Notes: generated from the sequence alone by a model not told the origin. DNA of 64,000 bases from the human T2T-CHM13v2.0 reference genome, Homo sapiens (GCF_009914755.1 NC_060936.1), one strand, 5' to 3'. Positions 40,654 through 54,700 are shown, counted from the first letter of the stretch. Numbers and translations are program-made.

Positions 40654-42197
40654 AGGCCTATCCACCAGTAGAGCAGAAACAAAGAGGGTCTGAAAGGTAG
40701 AGAGAGATGAAGCAGGTTCTGGTGGGATCCTTAAAGACCCCGGGTCAGCCTCATCTAAAATCAGCACAACTCTGGACTCCTAAGTCTCTTAAGATAATTC
40801 GAAGCTTCATGTAACAGAGTCCTGATGGTGTGGAGTCAGGATAAAGCATGAGGATATTCCACATCCATAATGATAAAACTATGATTATTCATGAGTGCTC
40901 CTGGCCTTCCAGGCCTCCGCTTCCATAAGACACATTGACAAGACACCCCACAGAGCTCGCACCTTCCTTGTTGGTGTAGTTTCTCTTTTTTTTTTCCTCT
41001 GGCAGTTTCATGACTGTCAACTCTTATTAAGCTTATTTTCATACGAATCTCCAAGTCTTTTTACACGTGTTCCTCTCAAACTCCTCTCTCGTACCTCCCA
41101 AGTCAGCGTGTGTGATCTACGTTCAGCATGTTGCAATATCCCCTTTGTCTCACATGTTAGATTGTCCTCATCTCAGGTGAGCTTTTGGTCACAACTCTGC
41201 CACGCAAAGGCCTTACCACTCCACCCCTTCTGTGTAGCTGCTCTTCTGAGGTTTGCGCGAAGGAGCTCATCTGTTTGGACAGCCACCTCTGATACAAATG
41301 TTCACCTGGGCAGGGCTGGGGACAGAGTCCTGGGGTCTCCTTGGAACGTGCTCAAGGTTCATACCACACCATCTGCTACCATCTGAGCTGCTGGGAATCC
41401 ACCAAAGCATAGCACCCCCCAGGTACACGTCACCGTTGTGTGGACAACAGTGCTGGGGTGAGCGCTAATCCCAGTGCCCAGCATCAGTAAGCACCGAATA
41501 CAGACCTCTTCATTTGTTTGTAACGTTACTGAAATCTCTATCTTTACTCCACATTCTATCCAGTAGCAAAACAAAGCTCTGTAGATACTGCCACACTCCC
41601 ACCCCACCCAATGATTTCAGGGATCACTTCTAAGTTTTGAGAGGTTCGGAGTGACCACAACAACCAGGAGGGCTTTGTGATTGGTACAAATGATATCTTG
41701 TCTCCTGTGGTCAGTCCACACAGACTATGGTTTGTGCCTCCCTGGTCTTGACCACAAGGCCTCCTCGGGCCAATTGGGCTTCCTCAGCCATGCCTGCACA
41801 GCCCTGGCTGCCAGGAAAAGATTCTGCTATTTGAGCCATGCTCGGGCATGCTGCCTGGTCACCTCATACGAACATTCCTTCTGCTTCATCTCCAGGCTAT
41901 TTAGGACAGAGTGTCTTCATTTGTGGCTCTCCCAATATATTCACGAAGTCAATCTAGAATATTTTTAATTTGTCATTGGAGTGACGTGGCACAGAGCAGC
42001 TGAAAAGCCCACCAGCATCTAAGCTGCCCTCCAAATTCTCCTGCCCTTTCCCCTAGTAAAAAAAAAAATTACTTGGTGAAGGAAGAAGAGAAAGGCTGAG
42101 AAACCATATGCCTGGGAAGATAGGTTCTTCCAAATCTTTTCTCTATTGCTGGATACCAGCTTTTGAAATCAAAAGTCAGGAATTTGATTTCTCTCTC

Positions 42198-42521
<324 letters not shown>

Positions 42522-42906
42522 TTGACTTTCCTGTCTCGCGCCTTCTGCTGTTCCAAGAGGCAGTGGCTGCCAGGTGTTCATCTGCACGAGAAAGGAGAGG
42601 CCAGGGCAGCAGGGAATGAGAGCAGGCAGGGCAATGTCGCCATCTGTTTTGATATCAAAATACTTTATTGCCACAATATCCTGCCAAACACTCTTTGAGT
42701 CTCGGCAGGCTATTTTATCACTGAAGCGTCTTCCCATCTACCAGTATAGCTTTCCTGACCAAAATGCAAACAAACAAATAGCAACAATGAAATCTGACAG
42801 ACATCTTCTTAGTGAATCTGCAGAGGGAGATTCCCATAAACATAAACATTTAATGTCACTCTCGTGAAAAGAATAACTTAATGTCACTAAAAGTTAAACA
42901 CTTTTT

Positions 42907-43067
42907 TGGAACCTCTTGTCTTTCCAAATGTACATCTGAATCTCCCTTTATTTATATACTTTACTTACTTCCTAAGAGTGGAACCTCTTGTCTTTCCAAA
43001 TGTACATCTGAATTTCCCTTTATTTATATACTTTACTTACTTTATATACTTTACTTACTTCTTAAGG
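42907..43067. repeat. 72-bp tandem duplication with a nested 18-bp duplication
   Basis: TGGAACCTCTTGTCTTTCCAAATGTACATCTGAAT... starts at 42907 and 42979; TTTATATACTTTACTTAC is doubled in copy 2. Confidence 0.95.
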
Positions 43068-45344
43068 GAGGAGAAGTGGCTATTTGAATTCTCTTTCAAA
43101 GGCATGTTTTTTACCTTTATAACTGTTGACTGATCTGTTCTAAAACTATGTACTTCAGTCGCTTTTCAGATGCATGCCACAGGTTTGTTTACTTTCAAGG
43201 TCAAGGGCCTTCCTTCTCCATCAATTCTTAATTTATGGAGGGGGTGCACCTTGGGTGACTCCTGAAACCAATGTTTAAGGACAGAGGTGACGGAAGCACC
43301 TAGCCTCTGACTGTGGTATGTACCCCTTAATTCTTCCTACAGCAGATTTTTCTTTTAAATAAATGACAAAGTCATCTAAAAATATTCCGAGTCTTTGGTC
43401 CCATGTCACAACAAATCCATGCTGGTTTCCTCTTCGTTTTGTGAGAGGCCGCACCATATCATCTCCACAATTCATTCAAGTGTGCTGTCTGGCGTCAAAC
43501 ATCAAAATCAACAACGCATATGTTCACAGCATCAAGCATCCTTCTTCTGCAAACAGGAAGAGTCTGTGTCTTCATTCCGCATGCTTCTTCCTCATTCTTT
43601 ATAATTTCCCAGAGACCACTGATGTGTCACCTACACTTTTGGTCCTGGAAGACCAGAGGCCATGTCTTAGTCTTCCCTGCCCAGGACCCTACACATGTTA
43701 GGGACATAGATGAATAAACAGGTCCTGAAGACAGTCCACTGGGCATGTCTGCAAGTTCTTTAAGAAGCTTGACCTAGGGAGGTGGGGGAGGAGGAAAATA
43801 AAAATAAAAAAAACAAAAAAGAAGCTGACCTAGGAGATAACCAAACCATTCCACACCATCAGAGAATCTCTTCTACCTCCCTGGTGGTCTTGGAAGTAAA
43901 TCCCCATTTTAATCCCTTTCAGGTGTTATTTCTGATTGCTGCTGGAAAAAATAATGCTGAGAAAACTAAATAACATGATGTTCATTTATTCATTTGCTCA
44001 ACAAATATCAAGGGTCATCTGTATACCAGGCTCTGAGCTAAAAACTAAAATGGTCTCAAGACCTCTCTGCACTCAGCCCCTGGCAAGCCTGGCACCATGT
44101 AACAATTCTGCCTGACAAACCGCCTGGTTTTTAGTTATTCCATATAATTATCAGAAGTCAGCAGAATGGCCAGGGGTATGGGTTCTGGCATCAGAATTCA
44201 GACTCTGCCTGTCTTTTATGTTGCTATGACTTGGAGAAGTTACTTAACATCTCTGAACTTCAACTTCTGGTCCAGTACATATCTACCCCATTGAGTTTAT
44301 CTGCAAATTCACAAAAATTATCCTCATAAGTCACTCCGCACAGTGCCTGCCATACAACAATTACTCAAAACATTAGCTGGTATTATTGACCAAAGTATTT
44401 CCTGCGGCGCTCTGAATTACTGGAAAAGGCAGCATCAAACCACTGCACTGTCAGGTAAATGATTTCCAGCAATATTTCACACTCTTGGAAGCACAGTTAA
44501 AAATTGTATTGAGCCCCTGCAATGTCCAAAGCACAAAGCTAAAAATACTGGAGAGAAATCAGAGATAGAAAAAATACCCATTTTTTTGTCCCCTAGAAGA
44601 ACTTAAAATTTAGGAGAGGAGGCAGAAAATAGTTGTAGAATGTCAACCTTGTGAAAGGCAGAAGTGCACTCCCCCAAAAGATATTCACATCCAAATCCCT
44701 GAAATATGGGAATGTTGGTTACTTTATTTGGAAATGTTAAAAGGCGACGTGACTAAGTCAAGATGGGAGATTATGTGGATCACTTGGGATCCTCCCAGTC
44801 CATCCGGTAACGCCAGCCCATCCTTCAGACAAGGCGAGTCTTCCCAGTTACTCTAAGTCAACTGCCAAATTATCTGCATCCAGAGACACTCGCCCCATCC
44901 TCCAGAGCACACCCACAGTGCTAACTTTATGTTTTTCTGTGTAATTCACATGTTCCCCTATCTCTCCTACAAATGGCAAGTTCTCTGGGAATAGTAACCA
45001 TATCAACCTGTGCTTTTCCTCACTACGGTACTCCCTGTGCCCAGCACGGTATGGGGTGCATTGTTGGTGCTCAGAAGGCAGTTACTGTTATGAAATAGGA
45101 AAGGAGAGGGAACAAAGGAAGAGGGGAATGATGAATACGAAACTGCCCAGGTCTGAGCTTACAACTTAAAGCAACGGAGTAATGGTATGAGGCACTTTGA
45201 CATCTAGAGGAATGACTGGCACTAAACATCCCTACCTAAGGACGCTTTAGTACCTGTCCTGTGTCCTCACAACACTTAGAAATAGTTCCTGCTGAGCTCT
45301 GTGTTCACTGAAGGCATGTGGCCTTTGACATTTGTTGAATGAAT

Positions 45345-45805
45345 ATGCAGATGGATGGAATGATGAATGGATGGATGAAATGATAGATGGATAGATGGAA
45401 GGATGGGTGGATAGAAGGATGGAATGATGAATGAATGGATGGATGGGCAGACAGACAGATGGAAGGATGGATGGATGGATGGATGCACGGATGGATGGAT
45501 GGATGGATGGATGCATGGATGGATGGATGGATGCATGCATGGATGGATGGATGGATGGATGGATGGATGGATGGATGATGGATGGAGGGATGGATGGATG
45601 GATGGACTGGTAGATGGATGGGTGGATAATGGATGGATGCATGGATGGATGGATGGATGGATGGATGGATGGGTGGATGGGTAGATGGACTGGTGGATGG
45701 ACTGGTGGATGGATGGGTAGATGATGGATGGATGGACGGATGAATGAACGGGTGGATGGATGGGTGGATGGGATGATGGGTGAATACATGGGTGGAAAGA
45801 CGGAT
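45345..45805. repeat. (GGAT)n degenerate tetranucleotide array
   Basis: Read directly; begins at an L2-like TTGTTGAATGAAT end. Confidence 0.97.
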
Positions 45806-46263
45806 AACACCTGGATTAACAGAAAAATTGATAGATAAATTCTAAATATTGTGTAGCATAGCTTCTATAATAAAATATTTTTGAAATTTTTGTTGTTTAC
45901 TCATTTTTTCTTGGCTCTTAGAATATAACTAAGTTAAACAGATCCTCAAACTTGGAATTCTACCTTTCTATGCACATAAATATTTTTAATAAAATCACAT
46001 TTTGATTTAACTCTTTAATTCATACAAAACAAAACTTAGTGGTCTCTTCATTCTTTGTCTTTTCAATTTGACAGAATTTGAATGTAAGCAAAAAGCCACA
46101 CTCTCTCTCTCCCCCACTAACTGGCTCCCTTCTGATATTCTTTCCTCTCCCAAAAAGTTCCTGACCCCTAAAGAAGTTATCACTGTACTTTGAAGCTCTT
46201 TTTGGTCCACAGCTTCCTTCAATAAGGGTGGTGCTGTCCTACCCAGAAGCTTCACTCTGACCC

Positions 46264-47621
46264 AATTAACACCCCAGTGTCATCAAATTGTGTCAAATGG
46301 AATTTCATGATGCAGATATTATTTATAAGCTCAGGGACAGTTCAGTTCATGTCGCAATGTATTCATATCACCTCTCCTCTAAGATTCTCTGATCCCTTGA
46401 AAGTTCTCACCCAGCTGGAAATCGAATATGAACTATATTTAACAGGATTTTAATTGGAAGTAAACACACAGACACACCACACACAGACAATGCAAAGTGC
46501 CTAAACTGTCTGGGGCTGATTGAAAAAGAATATTACCAAGTATTAAACATCCGTTTCAGCATATTATTAGAGGCCAGAAGCTCTACATATGGAAGCAGTT
46601 TCAGGAAGGCGCTCCAAGAAGCCCACTGCCCAGGCCATTGGCTGCACTCAGCTGGAAGCAGGCAGAGCACGTGCCCAGCGCCACCCTAGGCACAGGGAGC
46701 ACGACACTGCCGCAGCCCCGCTCGCAATGTTGCAGGTCTCTCAGCGTCTGCTTCTTTCCTACCAGCATGTGCAAGGGAACATAACTGGGAAGGATGCACG
46801 TGAGGACTGTAACAAGCAACCTAAATGTGGCAACCCTCTTGACTTTGTATTTAAAAATCACCTTGCCCTCTGCCCAACTCCAATCTCCTCACCCATTTTT
46901 CCTCTCAGCCCACCCTCCATACACCTGCCCCCTCCCATAAAGTTCACAGTAATGCATTAAAGCTCATCTGCAGGCTAGCACCATTGCAAACTACATCAAG
47001 CTGCCAGCAAAGCTAGACCTTAAACATTTAAGGCCATTCCCCAGAAAAATTAGGGGCCATAGGACAAGGCTGCTGGGGAAACTCCGTGTGTCATACCATA
47101 CTTCCTAGGTCCCAGGGGCATAGAAATACAAGCAACAAAACTTTATGTTTATTTGTTTTTAAAAAATATCTACAAGAGGGTGGGTTTGTTCTATAACTAA
47201 TCATTTTCTGCTTATGAAATATAAACGTGTAAGGCTCAAGCATATTAACCTGGTATTAAAATCTGCCCTTTGTTTCATTCAAAAATTCCTATTTGGAAAG
47301 ACAATACAGTAGAAATGATAATATGTGGAAACAGATATTTAATACTTGATAATATTCTTTTTCAATCAGCCCCAGACAAATGAGGCACTTTGGGGTATGT
47401 GTGTATGTGTGTGTGTCTGTGTGTTTACTTTCAATTAAAATCCTTTTCAATATAGTCCATACTTGATTGCAAGATGGGTGAGAACTTTCAAGTGATCAGA
47501 GAATCTTAGAGGGAGGTGATATGAACACACTGGGAAAAGAATGGCCCTGTCCCTGAATGTATAAATCACATCTGCATCATGAAATTCCATTTTATGCAAT
47601 TTGCTAATAGGGGTGTTGATT
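46264..47621. repeat. Long inverted repeat: arms 46264-46569 and 47317-47621, ~750-bp spacer
   Basis: Arm 2 reverse complement aligns to arm 1 over ~305 bp at roughly 80-85% identity by eye, with perfect blocks such as TGTCTGGGGCTGATTGAAAAAGAATATTA (29 bp) and AAATGGAATTTCATGATGCAGAT (23 bp). Confidence 0.96.
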
Positions 47622-49258
47622 TTTTTCTTGTTCTTTGACATATTGTGACTAATCCTGAATCATCTACCATGTGCTCAGACTCTGCTAATTGCTGTACAAA
47701 GTCTCCACACAGAACTGATTCACTTTTGAACTGTCTGGCTGACTTGCTTAAGTTCAATACACAAAATATGTCATATGCTAGGCTTATCGTAAACATTTTA
47801 CGTGCTAATTTTTGGCCACCTAGTAAAGAGGCTTCCACATCACACAGGACCTCATTTAAGGACATGTTCAGTGTTCCCAGTTGAAAAAGTTCACAAGTAT
47901 TAGGCTAAATACAATTCTCTTCAACACTGCTCAGTCTAATAAAGAAATCAGTAACAGACCTATGTACCTAAGTGAAAAAACACAATAGTGAGGTCCTATT
48001 TCCAAAGCTATTCTGTACCTTTCTTAATACAACCTTGTTATTGCAGCATAAACACAAAGAAGTCTGGACCTATTATAAAACCAAGTGAGAACCAACCCCC
48101 CCCGCCCCAAAAAAAAAATGCTGGGCTGTTGTTGCTGTGGATTTTGGTTTTTTTAACCTCACGTCTGCCTGAGTCAGGTTCACTGAATTCATCAACCTTT
48201 TCTTTGGTTTCCTGTGCACATTATAAATCCAGAAGGCTCTGATCCCAGGGATTGTTCTAACTCATAATTAGGAAACGTGAGCCCATTTCAACCACACTTC
48301 AAAGACAGGGAAGGAGGGGGAACGTAAATTCCTCTTTCTAAATCGAACCATCACAGAACTCGGCATTTCAACTGTCTTCATCTATTATCAGATCCAAAGC
48401 AACATAACCTCAGTGATTCTGGAAGAACTCAGAGAACAGACAATTCATGTAATTAAAAGACTTTGTGCGTGATAATTGGCTTTGAAGTTTCTGAGAGAGA
48501 TCTCATCTCAAAAATCTTTGCAGAAAAATATGGGTACAGGGTTCTTGCAGCACGTATTAGAGACTGCTGAGACGCTTCACTCTCCTCCCAGTGTATCTAT
48601 CTGCAGGAAAGGGGCACGGGTGGGGGAACCACACACAAGCAGCCCAGGTCAATCATGAGAAAGAATCTCCCGCACAAATCACACCATTTCTCTTCAAGGA
48701 AGAATGACTGTCCAGAGCTTCCAAACTTGCTCTTCCCATGACAGACAGGGATGCTGGCAGAAGAGAAGAGGAAACATTGAGGAATTCCTGCCTTGACACA
48801 TGGCTTCAAGTCAGGGCTCCGCTGGGAAAATTCGGGTCACAACTTGTAGCTGAAACTCCACGTGCACCCTGCGGGGCCGCTGCTGCTCCCAGCACCCTAC
48901 GGAAGGGTGAGCGCCAGACCCTGTGCCCAAACCTCACAGCGGCAGACCTGGAGAAACCCATCCCCCTTCTTCAGAGCCGCCCCCCAGGCTATATTTTTGG
49001 CAGCCTATAATACACAAAATAGTATTCCCATACAACAGGAGTGCTCCAAAATTATTTCCAAATAGGTCAGTGCCACCAGGGAAAGTCAATCCCAAATTCC
49101 AGAAATCTCCCTGGTCATCTCAATCCCCTCCTCCCCCGACAGCCGGCTCGGCCCTCCAGAGGCCACCTTTCCTCTCAAGGGTCCCCACGCCCTCTCCCTT
49201 TACAGAAAAGGCTTTCAGGAAACAGCCTTCCTTTCCTTTCGGCTCCTTAGTAGTCTCA

Positions 49259-49636
<378 letters not shown>

Positions 49637-49685
49637 TCAGTCCCCTAGAGGCCCGCAGCGGGGCCGGTGGCGAGGGAGCGCCCGG

Positions 49686-49736
49686 CTAGGGGCCCGAGCA
49701 GCCCGGGCGCCCTGCTCCCTCTTCCCGCCAGTCCAT
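49686..49736 (-). other. Candidate uORF MDWREEGAGRPGCSGP* in the TMEM132D 5' leader
   Basis: GGCCATGG Kozak context; TAG at 49688-49686. Depends on the TSS lying above 49736. Confidence 0.6.
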
Positions 49737-51564
49737 GGCCAGGCCGGGAGGCGACGACCGCGCGGGCTCCTGAGTTGCTCTCCGGAGTCCAACACGCGCG
49801 CAGGCAAACCCCACCTCCCTCCTTCGACCCCAACAGAATTTTTTTTAAATTTTAATCCACAAGGGGTATTTCCTTTCCTGTTTACCCGAGCGAAGAGTGG
49901 CCCCCGGTGGCCCAAGGAGGGGCGCCTCCAGGCGCAGGGCTCCGGCGGCTCCAGCTGCTCCCGGGCTGGCTAGCGGGCGCTGGCGCAGGCGGCGCCGGGG
50001 TGGCGGGGCTGCGGAGCCCGGGACGCGGGCAGAGGCGGCTCGGAGCCCCCCGGGCGGGTGGCCGGGCTCGCTGGGCGGCCCGGGGCTCCCTGGCCCGCAG
50101 CCCCCATCCCAGGCCGGCCGCTGCGCCTCGGGGCTCGGGCGCGCGCGCGCTCCGGCACCCAAAGTTTGGCGGGTGCGGCTGCTCCCCGGCCGCCGCCTCG
50201 GCCCGCCCGGCCCCGGGCCCGGCTGGGGCTCGCGGGGCTCTACGCGCGCCGAGCGCACTGCAGGCTCCGGAGACGCGGGGCTCCCCCCTGCGCCCGGGGG
50301 AGGCGGGCCAGATGTGCGCGGAGGAGGGCCCGCCGGCTCGGGGACGCGGCCGAGCAACGCAGCTGCCTCCTGCCAGCAGGCGCGGGGGCTCCGCTCCGCA
50401 AGGACCGCATCCGGAACGGAACGGAGGCGATCGCCACGGTGCCCGGAGCCGGCTGGGGCTTTCGCCTTAAAAATTTGTCTGCTTTTAAAAAGCCCCACCC
50501 TTTCGGAGTGACAGCTGTGAGCCCCAATCCGCAAAGTAAATCCCACCTCCCCCTGGCCGCCCCACGCCCAGCCTCCCGGCCACCCTCCCTGCGAGCGCGG
50601 ACGCGCGGTGGCGGCGGGCGAGGGCTCCCAGCGCGGGCGCACCCCGGGGACGGAGCCACCCACTCTCCCAACAGGTGTCCAGCTGGCCACCGGCCTCTCG
50701 TCGTCATCAAAACCTCAGGCCCAGGGGAGGTCCTCCAGCCCGGGGGCACCTGAGGCTCTTCGCCAGGGAGAGCGCAAGGATGGCTGGAGAAGGGCCCTCG
50801 CCCCGCCCTGCGCATCTCCCAGGGATCGCAGTGAGGAAGTCTCTGACACGCCACACTGAGGTCATGCTGGCCCCAAGCCCCTTCCCAGAGCGATCCCCCA
50901 AGTTAGTGTCCCTAGAAACATGTCGTGTGCTCCCCAGGGCTCACTGGGAAAGGAAATGGATCCATTAGGAGACAACATTGCTTTGAGAAGATAAAAGACA
51001 TGATTCTCAACACCGCCCGGAATCTCCAACTAAGACATTCCCACACCAAGATCCCTAAGCACCGTCCTGTAATTTGTAGCCCAAGAACTGCTTTGCTCCA
51101 CGAGAGCCTTTAAATTAACCCCATCAAAGCTCAGAGGGAAGAAAAGCATTCAGAATTTTTAAGGAATATTGTAAACCAACAAGCCCTGAATCTAATGAGG
51201 TGAATTCACCTCAGTAGATAAAAATGGGTCGTTATCATCTGACTGAGGGGGCAATGGACTTTTTTATCCTGTATGCCTGTAGTTGCAGAAATATACCAAT
51301 GCTTTAAGAGTTTTTAGCTTTCAAAGTTTCAAGGAAGATCAAAAAAGCCACTGCTGTTCTACCGAAGATTGTTTTTCTGGGTTCATGTCCTTTGAGATGT
51401 GCTCTTGTCTTTTATTCTGTATCTACTTATCTGAATATATCTGTCTTTCTGTTTTTTCTTTTGTTTGTTTCTTAAACTTGTTGCCTTTTCTCTTTGTATT
51501 GCTCTCCTGTAAAATTCCTAAGAGTCGACGCTGCAAAGACCCTAAGAGATTGTCTCTTTCACTG

Positions 51565-51738
51565 TTTCTGAAGTTTGAACCAGCAGGAGAGTCACTGGAA
51601 AATTTGTTAGACCTGGGTTGCTGGGCCCACCCCAGAGCTATCTCGGCAGGTCAAGGTGGGACTTCCGATCTCCGTTCCTAAAAAGTTCCAGGTGATGCTG
51701 ATGCTGCCGGCCTGCGGAACACGTGCTGGAACCACTGG
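51565..51738. mobile_element. MER5A-like MITE
   Basis: GCTGGGCCCACCCCAGAG...AAGTTCCAGGTGATGCTGATGCTGCCGG...GAACCACTG. Confidence 0.75.
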
Positions 51739-54700
51739 TCCCCTTTCTCCTTCACCTGAGTGATGAGAGAGCTGAGCTTTCGTCTCTTGGACACCTTCAC
51801 CTGGTCTCTGAGTGTCAAAATTGATGCCCGCACTGAATGCATAATCCAGGTTCCATCCTTAACGCTACAGTGGGTCTGAGTCTATTTGTAAATCATCTAT
51901 TTGTGACACTGAGTCTATTTGTAAGACATTTCTCAGACATATTGACTAGAAACAAGTGGTCCCTGTTCTTTATTAAAAACAATCATTTTATGTTTCTCTA
52001 AATCAAATTGAGTTTTTCCCCTGAATTGCAATCATCAAATAACTTTTCTTTTTGCCATTGCAGAAGGTTTCTCTATCTGTAATGTGAAGACAAAAGGTGA
52101 CTGTCAAGTTCCAGCTGCTGCCTAAAATGTTAAACGGTTTCTTCATTATGCGTAGTTGGCGAAACAAAAGTTTTTTCCACTCTTTGGTATGGAAGATTTT
52201 TTGGGAAGATGCAACTTCAGATACCTAATCAGTGGCTAAAATAAGATGCAAGAATGGCTTCTTACTTTTTCTCTCTCCAGTATGCCATTCTCCCTGGTAC
52301 ATCTAATCTTCTTTGGGTAATTAACACAGCTAATTGTGGGGAAGCAAAACTTAGACTTGGAGATGGACACTGAGGGCTCATAGGTCCCTAACTCCAGCCC
52401 CTGCCCCAGGACAACTTCCCATCAAAATCGCCTGCCTTGTCTCTCTCAAGTTACTTGTAAGAAATCTGCTTTCCTCCAAGAATATGTGTTTCATCTGCGG
52501 GGCCATAAATCAAGCTGTAAGCCTAATTTTGTCGGTAATTAAATTGCACTAATTGTTCATGCTGTGTGGATGAGGCTTTTACACTAAGCAGTTTTTGTTG
52601 TTATTTTTCAATAAAACAAAAACATTCCCTGTAGCAGTTTTTGAGAAATGGCAACTTTGAGCGTTGATAAAGGCAGAAAGGAGCTGGAATTCAAGTACTG
52701 CAGGGGCTATGCAACTGGTGGATGAGAGGACACTTTCAGGCCCTCTAAAGATGGGGCCTCCTGTAAAACTGAAGCCATTCTCTTCCAGTCCTTCTGACTG
52801 CATCCAGGAGAAAGGCTCAGGCCTGAGCTACTCCGGAAGAGCCTTTTAGTAATTGCAAATGTCCATGTTTTTTAAACAAAAAAGGAAGCTCTTTCTGCAC
52901 AATGACAACATCTAGCTCAAGTTACTAACATCGATTTGTTTTTATTTTGATTATTATTATTTTTGTTTTCTCTCCTTTTACTTGGTGATGCATTTTGTTT
53001 AAAAAATATCAAGTTATGTATGTTTATGAAGATGGGAAATGAGTAATGGATTTAGCAATCACTACTGACACGGGTGCAGGCACCGTCTTCTCTCTATGAC
53101 AATACTCCGGAAGATGGTGAGAAATGAAGTTTGGGAAACCTTAGCATGAAGTGAGAGCTACCAGATCAATCCCTCCTGAAGATGCAGAAGAGACTTTTTG
53201 AAACTCCCTGTCTTCCCAGTTTTCCAAAATTCATGAAATGACTGGGAAATAGAAAGGCCTGGTTCAATCAACTGTCTCTTTCACTAGTGGGGAAAGCCTT
53301 CTGATGTTGAGGGCACTGTAAACACTGGGAACATTGCACACCCTTCCTGGTAAGGCCAGCAGGAGATCATCCTTCCAGAAGGAGCACCTCAGCGGAATCC
53401 ATGCTGTGCCCTTGAGGAAGGTGTGTGTTTGCCAAGACCTGTCACTCTCTCCTTCCCAGCGCATGGATGACTACTCTTCTCAGCCCCTTGCAGTTGACCA
53501 ACTAAATGTGAGCAGAAGTCATGGGGGTCATTTCTCTGGTGGGGCAGTGAAAAGCTCACCTGTGACTCCTCATTCTGCACCTGCCCTGCCCTGGGAGAAG
53601 AGTGGACCCTGTGTTTGAGATGGTGCAGCTGCTACAAGGTGAGCCTTCCAGCCAGCAGTCCAGCAAGTTGATGAGAGAGCAAAGTCCCCCGTCAATCCAC
53701 ATTAAGAAGTATGGTAAAAGAAATTAATTTTTATTGTGTTAAATCATCAAACTTCTTGGTTCTTCCAGGTTAACCATACTAAAATCCAGACCTACTTTTA
53801 CTCTCCTCTCTCTGTCCTTCTCCCTTTCTCATCTCTTCCCAGAGCTCCACAAGCAGATGTTAAAAAGTTGGAATATTCGTGCTCTCCCAGGTGACCCATG
53901 GTGTCACCAGGTAACTGCCAGGTGAACCTCGCAGAGCAGCCTCTTCTGCAAAGACCAATAGGATACTGCTGCATTTTCCTTAAGTTACTGATTTATGGAT
54001 CAATACAGAAAGGTCAGCAGGCCTTGAATAGTCTTCTTTGAAGTCACATGCTGGACTTCTTGGTACAAATTATGTATTTGTACCTCTAGCCTGATTAGTC
54101 CCTGAGTGTTTCTCGGTCAGGGGTGAGGTCAAGGAGAAGCTGCAAGGCTGCCTCTGCAGGAAACCCTTTGTTGTAAAGACTGCCTGGATTTTGCATGCAC
54201 TGGAACCTGTGACAGAAGCATGTTCCCTCACCCCTGCTTCCTCTACCTGCTGGAGACACAGCCAGACCACATGCCCTGGCCTTCCTAAGGTTAACTGTCG
54301 CTATGGTTATGTCCAAAAGAACCTGGGAGGAAGGGATGTGCCTCCCTTTCAGGGGGAGAGTTTGGGAGCCTGTGAAACCCTCAAACTCTCTTCCTGCCTT
54401 TTCAAGCTGAATGCAAAAATTCAAGGGAGAACCCCCAAGCCTTCAGCAATGGCAGAGTTGCAAGTTGGAATGAGTCTGGTTCCGAAAATGTGGAATGCCA
54501 CTTCTTTTGCATGGAATTTTGGGTGAGCAAGAAATAAGATGACATGGTGTTAAGTCATGGAGGTTCAGGGCTTTGTTTGTTAGAATGAACCATTCCAGGC
54601 AATACAGGGTGTATTGATCTCATCACTGCCAACAGAAGCAGGAGTGGGATATAAGGAAACACCTCTATCAGCTCCTGAGACTACAGCGAAGCTTTGGCCC

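Noticed and set aside
45247-45810. His/Pro/Ser- or Met/Asp/Gly/Trp-rich ORFs
   Set aside because: These are translations of the (GGAT)n repeat.
46675-46695. CTCF site in the inverted-repeat spacer (CAGCGCCACCCTAGG)
   Set aside because: Only half of the core matches; the spacing breaks the CCNNYAG portion.
49845-50854. Long ORFs (187-281 aa) on both strands of the CpG island
   Set aside because: GC-rich DNA is depleted of stop codons; the products are Pro/Gly/Arg/Ala low-complexity, overlap in all frames and show no recognisable domain.
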